A program made the position numbers and the translations under genes. Below the pieces are notes generated by a model that did no database searches, was not told the origin of the DNA, and saw nothing but the letters and a program-made list of their open reading frames with translations. A DNA stretch of 63,931 nt, counting the filler, from Choristocarpus tenellus KU-1152 (Eukaryota > Protista > Phaeophyceae), in the NCBI GenBank assembly GCA_964200185.2. It is 10 parts of 10 records of this genome, joined end to end, with 100 filler letters (N's around TTAATTAATTAA, not from the genome) between each part and the next. Parts side by side here need not be neighbours in the genome. Positions count along the whole stretch, not along the records: positions 47,770 to 54,434 come from CAXNAD020007613.1; positions 54,535 to 58,254 come from CAXNAD020018313.1; positions 58,355 to 63,931 come from CAXNAD020010367.1; 7 more parts are not named here. The stretch is one strand, 5' to 3'. Below, in pieces: positions 54,381 to 63,931 of this stretch; the first letter of the stretch is position 1, and each line of letters begins with the position of its first letter.

Positions 54381-56648
54381 CTGACAAACGCATATTATAT
54401 GTACATGGGCAAAAAAAAAGGGGGGGGGGGGGGGNNNNNNNNNNNNNNNNNNNNNNNNNNNNNNNNNNNNNNNNNNNNTTAATTAATTAANNNNNNNNNN
54501 NNNNNNNNNNNNNNNNNNNNNNNNNNNNNNNNNNGGGTGGGGGCATGCGGGGGCGTGGGGGGGTGCGGGGCCGGGTTCTACACCAGGGTGTCCATTCGGA
54601 CCCTGACCAGGAGAAGTGCAATTACATTATCCATCCGACTCATGCAACCAAATTCACCCAAAAATCGCGACATAGAAAAACGGGCCCTGAATGGACAGCC
54701 GCCACCCCCCCCCAGATACTTTGAGCCTTACATGATATTTTCATCGATAAGTTGATGGTTTTTACAGGATGACGAGTACCCGAAACAGTTTATTACATGA
54801 ATTATATGGTGGTAGATACTACACTGAAGCCATAACCCTATCTTTTAAATGCTAATAATATTAATATGTTACTCCATTATTGTGGAGTGGAGTGTAGATC
54901 ATAGATCGCCAAAGGACAGATTTTTGGGGTAAGATGGAGTGCTGTCTTCGAGTTTTTTGCGCGCGATATTATATGCATGATTATGGAGATCTCCAACTAA
55001 AATCGATGTTGGTGTCACTGGGCAACTGGGTATTGTTTTTGCACGTTTAATTGTATGATTGCGAGTTGAGTGATCTCTTAAAAAATCTACAGGGGGCGTG
55101 TGTAACTTGAGTGAAGGACATTTCAGATGTGGTACAAATGTCTTGGTTGCGTTTGCATTTTATTATTGTGAACAGTATGCCGCTCTCATGATGTACACGC
55201 ACTGAAATATACAGGATGATGCCTGCCGATCTGTCTCGTCTTTATTATCTGCTGTTTCAAGCATATTTCTGTAATTATGAAATTTAGTTATTACTTTGTA
55301 GTGTCTTAAGTTGGCGTATCAGATCCATATCTGAGACACTGATGATGTGAGTGCAGAGCTCAGGACTTTCTGATGTGTAATTAAAACAGGGATGATCAAT
55401 GGAGCAACTGCTGGTGTATGGCTCTTCCCCTCTCAGTAATAATACCAGATAAATATGCTATCTAGTACAGAGTGTTCGACATTTTTCAGACTGCAATGTT
55501 ACGAACAACTCTACGACTTTGTGTACTGCATGTTGACATGCCTTTTCCATTGAAGGATCAAAGCGATCGTTTCATGATGAGAACTTTTGGGGTTCTGGGT
55601 CCACTCCACCACAATATCTCCGTCCCAATTGACCCTATGCATATCATGCGAGATTACAAAATTGCTGATGTGTGCCTAAGGAGATCACTTGTGCCAGCTG
55701 CCACTCTTGCTGGCTTTGTGTGCTGTTTGGATTGCAATGTGGGGAGGTCATTGATGTGTGGTTTATTCAGCAGATGCCAGGAATGATTCAATAGACATGG
55801 TGCGAACTACCTGTCAATAGTTCTACCCCACATGATGTCCGATGTGAATTTTCAACATGGAGTGGGCACTGTCAGCCCAAACTAAGTGCTGCTTTGCGGT
55901 AGACTCCCTGTCAGTGGCAGTGAACAAGACATGTTTAGGAAATCGATGCTCCACTTCCTTGCATAAAATGTGTAGTAGTAGTAGCAGCTGAACTAATATA
56001 TTCTGTTGGCATGCTTGTTAGACTCTCGACTACTCATCAGATTCTATTGTTTAGGCTCACACGGTTGTGGGCAAGACTACTAATACCATTAATAATATTA
56101 TTTCAAGTATTAGAAAGATTTGTGCGATACTCCTTGCTCAAATACCACCCTGTGAAAGCATTCTTGTTGAGAACATATTTTTTTGCTTGTTGTGTACACA
56201 ATACTATTACTACTACCCTCACATACATGTTGGTGGGGAGTCCACTTGTACCCACCCCCTTACGATTTGCAGGCACTTCCCACTCTATTCCTCTCTTTTC
56301 TATTGTTAGGACATGTTTGGTGATACCACTACAGTCTTTCATCCATCTTCAACCAGTCCAACCTACTTTAGTGATTGGTCTTGTTTTATATCTGACGTTA
56401 TACTTTTGTAGAGATGACGTACCTACTTCAATCTGTAGTTTTACTTTCATTTGAAAGAAAATATAAAGATGCTTTTGGTAGATTATCCATCCCTCCTCAG
56501 TACATAGAGACCCAATCATACGTATATATACAAGGATACGGGGAGAAGTGTGGTGGTGGAAGGCAACACAGACAGACCACAACTCAAAACTAAGGAGGGA
56601 CAGCTTATCACCACTAGTTAGCTTCGCCAGGCAAGCAGCACAGCATAG

Positions 56649-58254
56649 ATTATCTTCAAGCTAAGAAGCCAGAGCTCTGGACACGGCGGAATGATAGAAC
56701 GTCTTAGGAAAGGGGTGGAGAGGTAAGAAGGTTCCAAAATATTCAGGGGATTGGTGTTCCCCTGTGGTTACCTGACTTTGACGGCGAGGATCGGAAGCAG
56801 AATGTCTTTCAGGGATATGCTTTCTTCATTACCGAACTGGAGACGTTAGGAGAGGTCATAATATTTCGGCCTGTGGTCAGGCAGTGTAGCGATACACTGT
56901 TGCCGATCACACTTGGACGAATTCGTCAACGGAATCCCTGTGCCATGGTGTGGCATCTTCTAGATGTCCTCAGTCCCTCTACAAAAACATGACCTTTCTC
57001 TCCCCCTCTGAACTTGTTCACAAGTGCCCACATTACCTAGTTGAAAAAGCGGAGATAACCACCATCGTTCACAATGTTTCCACATGACCACCCCTCCAAC
57101 AAGGCAACCCTGTGTAACACATACACACCATCGGATCACTACCCAACTACATACCTATCTTCGTTTGCAGTCCACGTGAGGGCTCCTATCCTGGTCGTGG
57201 ATCTCCCGGTGGGAGGCGCCGTAGACTTCAACCGCCAGCGACTCAGAGAGAATCAGAAAGGGGATTAAGTAACGAGTGGGAAAACGGAGGTACAGACGGA
57301 GCAAATGGTGGGGGTGATCGGGGCGATTTCGACCTTGATCGAGATCGGGGGACTGCCATGAAAAGGACAGGTGGAGAATGGGACAAGGAAGGAGAATCCC
57401 GAGCTCAAGTGCAGTCTCGAGATAGAGGTGTGGTTGACCCCAGCCGTTCGCGGGACTGGGATCGGGAACAGCGCGGTGGTGGAAACCGAGATCAATGGGG
57501 GGAAGAACGTCGGAAGGAGAGGGATAGGAACAGGGACAGCAGCAGGCATAGGGAACGAGACAGAGACAGAGACAGAGACAGAGACAGAGACAGATACAGG
57601 GGAGAAAATGTAAGGCGTAGTGGTGACCCTCGGCACAGCCTCAAGAATGGGGGAGGCAGGGACCTGGAACGGGACCGGGACCGTTATGATAGGTTGACCT
57701 CGGAGACGAACGATAGACGACGCCCCAGAGAACGGAGTCGTGCCCTGGAGCAGGATCAAGAGTGGGAAAGGGATCGAGACCGAGATCGGGATCGAGATCG
57801 GGACCGAGACAGGGATCGTGGGGGCGGCTACCCTCGTGACTCTCGTGGTCGTCATGGGAGTGACCACTATCCAGCCTGGGGGCAGTCGAGGACCAAGGTC
57901 GGATACAACTTAAGGGAGGAGGATAAGCGGGAAGTAGGTGGCCGTGGCCGTGTGGTGGAGAGGCAGACTCTAAGCCGCAGTCGCAGCAGGGATCGGGACG
58001 ACAGATATTGGGGAAAGGGTAGGGAAGTTGGACAAGACCGCGACCTTGGAAGACGGGGACGACGACGTCTTCCTGACGATACTAGGACTGGCTCTGTTGA
58101 CCGTGATGGCTGGGGCCACACAAATGGCAAGCAGCAGGGTTTTTCTGGGGCTTCCAATGGAGTTCACTATAGCAACAGCGGCGGCCACCACAATGGCAAT
58201 GGCTATGGTGGAGGGGGAGGGGGGGGGGGGGGGGGGGGGGGCGGGCCCGGACGG
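56649..58254 (+). CDS. RD/RS/Gly-rich low-complexity protein (splicing-factor-like tail); partial
   Basis: Exon 56649-56722 joins in phase 2 to a >1-kb open exon 57171-58254 with (RD)n, SRSRSR and Gly-rich segments, running into the gap. Confidence 0.7.
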
Positions 58255-58665
58255 NNNNNNNNNNNNNNNNNNNNNNNNNNNNNNNNNNNNNNNNNNNNTT
58301 AATTAATTAANNNNNNNNNNNNNNNNNNNNNNNNNNNNNNNNNNNNNNNNNNNNCCAAATGGACACCCTCGTGGAGTTACCCCCCCCCCAGTCTCCACAC
58401 CATTAGTAACACCAAGGAACTCTACGGGAATGTTGTTGTGGAAAGTGTCTCTTTCTGGAAACTCCATTGAACTCCATGATATGTAGTTTTTTCGATTCAA
58501 GGCTCTTGACACTTTTTGGGCAGTAAAATAGTCTGTTTCTTTGCCAGATATCAAACATGTATGGCCAATCGCTGTCACATAGACTCCATATCACCAAATA
58601 TCACAGTTCAAAGAAGTAGTTACAGAAATTGAAATACAGAAAAAGGGGGCTTTGTGGTGCCCTTT

Positions 58666-58834
58666 GACCCATAGTATCCTACAGGGGGGATCAGGTGTCC
58701 ATTCGGGGCCTGTGTGAACCTGTAGTGATTTTCATGGCAAAACGGGCATCAAACTGGGGTATCTTACAACACCCCAACCAGCTCCGAATGGACAACTTGG
58801 GCTAAACATCCCTCTCTCTAACATACTATAGGTC
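58666..58834. mobile_element. MITE type 3, related to types 1 and 2
   Basis: TIRs GACCCATAGTAT / ATACTATAGGTC, TTT on both flanks, and internal inverted GTCCATTCGG / CCGAATGGAC. Confidence 0.75.
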
Positions 58835-59468
58835 TTTCATGTTAAATATAGCAGTGCAATGAAGGGATAGAACCACTACTCTCCATCCCAGCTTCAGGTG
58901 AGAACAAAAGTAAGCTAAACTACTTTTTCCCACAAGGAAGTTGTAGTCCTGCCTGCGCTCTATTGTCCGATTTCTCCAAACAGTTTGTCTGACCCTACTT
59001 GCCTGGAAGCAAGGCTGTTATTTGCCGAACAAGAGTTGTAAGACGAGATTCCACAAATTATTTGCCCCTGAAGTTAGCATGGAATCAAAGAATATCGAAA
59101 CCCACTCAGGGATCCTCTGTAACTATTAAAAATGAATCATTTGCCGAGTCCTCTGTGGACTTTATCATTTACTCTTGTTGGTGAATTCAACAGAGCTTGC
59201 AGTTCTATTCTCCAATTCAGCAAAACAATCAATAGAAGAACAAAGCAAATCATATTCAATACTTTTGTTAGTTGGAAAGCAAATCAGTTCTCATACACTC
59301 CCTTTCGGTTTGTTGCTGCTGATACAAAATTATGTACGTAGCATTCCCAGCCGAGTCGTATACCCCTACAATACTTCTGCCTTGCCTCTCGCTCCTAGAC
59401 AATTGCTACATGGAGAGGCTACCCAATAAATTGATGTAAGACATCTTCCCGAGGGGATCCTCACTCAC

Positions 59469-61092
59469 CATCTTGGACTTTTGGCCCTTAAGTGGTTGAG
59501 GTTGGCGCAGGCGTTCAACGTACTTTAGGGTACTGAGAGTTTCCTTGTAAGCATCAGAGGAGGGACTGATTGTCGCCAGCACAGTAATCTGACTTTGACC
59601 AGACAAGTCATCCTGCAAATCAGCATTGTTCAGATTTAAAGCTAAGGGACATGGTTAACTTCAGCAGTGAATGAGCCAGTGAAGAGAGCTTAGTCAGTCT
59701 AGAACAAGTATAGAATATTGGAAGTCCAATGCAGGAAGATGTCTTGTCGGTTGCAAAAAGTATGACAACACTTGGTCTTGTGTGCATAAAAGTAAGATGT
59801 GCTTGAGCAAAGATACCTATACAGGAAAAAACAAGGTGGTGCGCTCGAGTCAGTAATGCCAACATGTATATATGTGCTCATTTGGAGATACAAGTACAGC
59901 TAATTCATGCAGCGCTATGCCCCCATGAACCACTCTTATGGTAACAGCATTGTCTCCACTAGTGTACATCACTTTTACTCCAGTCCTTTGACGAAATTGT
60001 CCCAAAGAAGCATATGAGTTGGTTGGTCCTAGCAACAACACATTCAGTGACCTCTCTCTTTCCTGAACATTGGAACAACGACTTTTCCTACTCCATCAGA
60101 TCTGGTAGTCGCCAAGGAAGAACACTATGATGCATCTGACCTTGAGGAGCCTTGTCAGGGTAGACTCTCGGAAAGGTAGACCAATCGCAGTTTTTCCCTC
60201 TGAGAGATCGCTTATAATCCTGCCAAGGTTCATTAGAGTCTTGTTTATGTTCATCGCCTCGCGCGACCTCTGCTCCACCCTAGTCTTATCCGTATGGCAT
60301 ACATCATCACGCCTGCCAATTCTTCTTGGTTCCGCACACCCGGCACTGGATTTGTGTTCCGTGTTGTTCTTGAACATGCACTCTGAGCTGGCAAGGTCAA
60401 CCATATGTATTCGACTCACCCTCCTGCTGGATCGCACCTGCAGAGGATGGTAGGTTAAGTGCAAACTGAAAGAACCCACATCGAGATGGGCTGTCCGAAT
60501 TGGAGTGCCAAATGGGTTAGATGCGCCTTTGCCTTGACTGCAACCCTCGACATTGTATGTGTGGAGGGATTTATTGTGTGACAACAGTCAGATGGAGCGC
60601 AGCATCTCGAGCAGCATGTGTTCATCCTTTATATCCCGAAGGGATGTCTCTTGTGGCTTGTTCAGCTACAATCCATAATATCTAAAGTACAACTCCGCTA
60701 AAAAGAAGGGATTGAAATTTTGAATAGTGCCAACACACTTCTTTCAATATACAACAGACTGAACATAATTGAAACTGTCAGTAGACGAAATGAAATCCAC
60801 CCCCCCCCTCAAAAAAAAAAGGCTGAATATCGATAACCCTTTATAAAACACAAAAAGTATACAGGTACTGGAAACCCCTCTACAACCAGAGTATTACATG
60901 CCATCGATGAATAGGAACTTAACTTGTCCCTTGGTTGCCTATATAATGTACAGCCTCTTATATCAACTTTCCCACCTCAAGACTAAATACTGCATGGGCG
61001 ATGTTACTCCTCCTGTTCCCAGTGGTGCTTGCCTTGGATCGAGAGTAGCTTCCTAGTGCCGTGAGGTAATTGGCATGGGACCAAGAAATGAC
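59469..61092 (-). CDS. Kinesin motor-domain protein with degenerate switch motifs; partial model
   Basis: Phase-0 exons 61092-60976 (..LTALGSYSRSKASTTGNRRSNIAHAVFSLE), 60437-60141 (SRIHMVDLASSE..REAMNINKTLMNLGRII..PFRESTLTRLLK), 59612-59469 (DDLSGQSQITVLATISPS..ETLSTLKYVER). Confidence 0.9.
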
Positions 61093-63931
61093 CTATCGGG
61101 TACCAAAATGAAAAAAATGCACAGGAGGGGCGGTAAGAGGGAGGTTATTGCATGTGAGTGGGTTGTCTGAGTCGTGGATGCAGAAGCTGGATGCTGGAGT
61201 TGATTTCCTGACAGTTATCCTTGTTGGCACTTCTTTTCCAGTTTGTTCATCCCATACATGCAACAGAGTCCATCGGTCTGGTATCGGAGGCTGTGCCCTG
61301 CATCATGCCACCTCGTATCTTAATCAGTCTGATGTTGACCATGGGTACCCTCTTGAGCAGGACCCTATCTCAAACCTAGTGTGAGCTCTGATTGAGTTGT
61401 AAACACTAATTCTTGAGGTCCGTTCTACCAGTGGTCATGTTAGCAATGCCAACTCATATTTGGCAGGGAAAATGGGAAGACCATTTACTATTTTCTGTGA
61501 TCGACTATGAGACTCTCTACAGTCTATTGTGAAATCCCAGTCCTTTTTGGGGTTTTTTTGGATGCCCAATTTGTACAAACCTCCTGCAAACAGTCACTTT
61601 TTGGACAAACTGCCTGTTATCTCTAGATTTTTGGCATCTGGAAATAAATATGGGTGTTTTTCCAAGCATGTGTCACACTGAACAGCTGCCACTTCTACTT
61701 CTGTCCCTTGGAATGGCATTGGTATGCCAACAAGGTTACTCCTAACAATAAAATAAATTACACTGTATGTACTGTATGTACAGCCAAAGATTTAAGAGGG
61801 TAGGAGTTTTGCCCTGTTTATCCGTTCGGGACTTGGCTTCACACGGGTTTTTATGCCCTTTCTCGGTTTTCTGTGTGAACACAGTTAGCTAAAATGTAAA
61901 CAACTATGAACGGTGTATCCTGGGGAAGGATATTGACACTTACTAACAAACACAATAGCCAGAATTACATCGAAATCGCAACATTGGATTTTATGATCCC
62001 AAACGGACGCGGCCCTACCCTCTTACATGATTTGACTCTGTACTCAGTAGCCAAGGATACAGTCCAAAGAGTGTGACCAAATATTGTGTCAATTTGTCCT
62101 AACATAAAAGGGTCAAAGTAAGCGAGAGGTACCCAGAGTTGCATGTGAAGGATGTTGAAGAATAGGTTCAAAATTCGACCTTTTTTTTTCGAGTATGTGT
62201 AGGAAGCTTTCTGAGTTCTGTTGAAAAGTTTCAAACAAAAGAGAAATAAGTGCACTCTCAGGTCAAACTTAACATTTCATCCATAGAAATATGGGCGAAT
62301 TGCAAGAGACCGGAAAACTACCTTATAAATACAAAACGGACAAAACTAGGATACCTCTCCTTTACTTTGGTCCAATGAGTAGGCTGGCCTGTGCCACGTG
62401 ACAGTATTATTTCTACCTGTAAATCAACATCAATTTTTTCATATACTCCCTTTCGTGTTAGGGTCAGGGTTAGCGTGCTTGGACAAAAGACAAAAAACAA
62501 AAAAATGTTTTTGAAGGACACGACGGTATGGTGTGTGCCTCACCATTCCCAGCTCAACTTGGTAGGGAAAAATCCTCAGCCAAGGCCCATGTGCTTATTT
62601 TTTATTTGCCGTTAGTAGGTAGGCAAGTTGGTCAGCAATCCGGAGGGCATTCCTGCATCAGCCCTTGTGTTGCTGGAGAGGGTTTGCACCTTTCATGAAA
62701 TACATTGATGAATCGTGCGGAAGAGTTGACTGGCACGCCGGGGTCTTCCTGGTGGATGCCGGCCTCTTGAAAGTGGAACGCCAGTGCTTGGAAGAAGAGG
62801 GCACTCAGGGCTTCTCCCCAGGGCTTCAAGAGTCCCAGCCACAGAAGGATAAGCGTTATAGTCTGGAGGAATCGAAGTAGTCCTCGTGGTGCAGTAAGCT
62901 ATACTGTTAGGGCACAAACCTACTGGAGTATATCGGGCAAGTGCATTGTGTCATGGTACATATATGCTGCAGTTGTTTTTGTTGCACACACCTCTCTAAG
63001 GCGTCTAATCCTTGGCCGTGCATGTGCAGAAAAAAAAAGACTTCCCATTCCTGGGGCCATGCAACTGAAATTCTATACATAATTCTGGTGCTGCAAATGC
63101 CTACTACACAAGAAAAATCGTGGGGGATTTCGGGGTGAGCTCCATGTCGAGGTTGTGGCAATGCAAACTTATGGTTGAGTTCCTAGGAAGTGAACCTGAG
63201 CAACAAGAGTGGTGATTACCGCGGAGAGAGGTATCCTTCCGTTTCTTTCCTATCTGTCGTTCATTTCCAATCATCTCCTGGACTGAGAGGAGATAGCTTA
63301 GGAAAATTCATTTATGCGTGTCTCCCTTTGCTGTGAAAGTTCAAAACTGGGTTCACGAATGCCTCTGCAACACAACCAACTTGAGCTGGCAGACTAAAGA
63401 AACCATTCAAGTGTGGATTAAGTATCACAAATTGATTGCTGATGCGATTCAATAGCATTTCATCCCATAGATGAGCACCTATTTTACTCTTTCGGGATTT
63501 GTTTGGGAACGACCACCGTAAAACATTTCCCGATGAGACAACTCAGTGGAATGGGAATGGAAAATCAATACTTGCTTCCAACATTTCAAGGGAGTGATGA
63601 TACTTTTTGGCTTGGTAAGTCTGTTGTTGTTCAGCCCTCCTTTGAGTTGAATAAATATACTATTGAATTGCTTGCTTGTGTGCACATTACCAAAAAAAGA
63701 TAAAATTGATTATAAAATCTGCTCTAGGTAATTGAACTGCGAAAGTAAGACAAACCATCTGTACCTTGCAGTAGAGGCAGCTAGTTAAATTACACCATCT
63801 TATCACCTTAAAGGTTCCTTAGTCTCCTCAAGGAATGACCCAAAGTATCTGGGGGGGGGGGGGAATCTGTACCAGAGTGTCCATTTGGGCCAAAACCAGG
63901 CAAAGGGCACTCAAATTATACCTCCGACGCA

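Noticed and set aside
56767-56911. U1 (TTACCTG), U3 (CTTTCAGGGAT) or U2 (TCGGCCT..AGTGTAG) snRNA/snoRNA identity
   Set aside because: Only short isolated matches. The U1 loop II, U2 GUAGUA branch-pairing sequence, Sm site and U3 boxes are absent.
57265-57867. 200-aa antisense ORF (VSVSVS/IPIS)
   Set aside because: It is the shadow of the (RD)n-coding plus-strand exon.
16029-61092. A functional cluster of three pseudoenzymes (CDA, hydrolase, kinesin)
   Set aside because: They lie on different contigs joined artificially, so there is no evidence of linkage.

Overview
Intron-rich eukaryotic genomic DNA, not prokaryotic. The (CCCTAA)n tracts, GT/GC-AG introns and gene content suggest a stramenopile such as a brown alga, but that is inference. 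The window is an artificial concatenation of 10 short contigs joined by 100-bp linkers (44 N + TTAATTAATTAA + 44 N), so adjacency across a linker means nothing. Spliced gene models built by hand with phase-consistent exons: the C-terminal part of a HECT E3 ligase; a cytidine-deaminase-fold + SAM fusion lacking all three Zn-binding cysteines; a small PARP-type zinc-finger protein; malonyl-CoA decarboxylase head-to-head with CENP-S/MHF1; an IQ-motif protein; a large alpha/beta-hydrolase-fold protein lacking the nucleophile; an RD/RS-rich protein; and a kinesin with degenerate switch I and switch II. Repeats: a related set of MITEs with AAAGTATCT terminal cores, decayed Ty3/Gypsy-like remnants, and mini- and microsatellites. 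The most unusual segment is contig 39611-44051: a ParB/Srx-like domain gene and a divergent transposase-like exon flank three ~270-bp units carrying long palindromes. A candidate structured RNA lies in an intron at 56744-56995.
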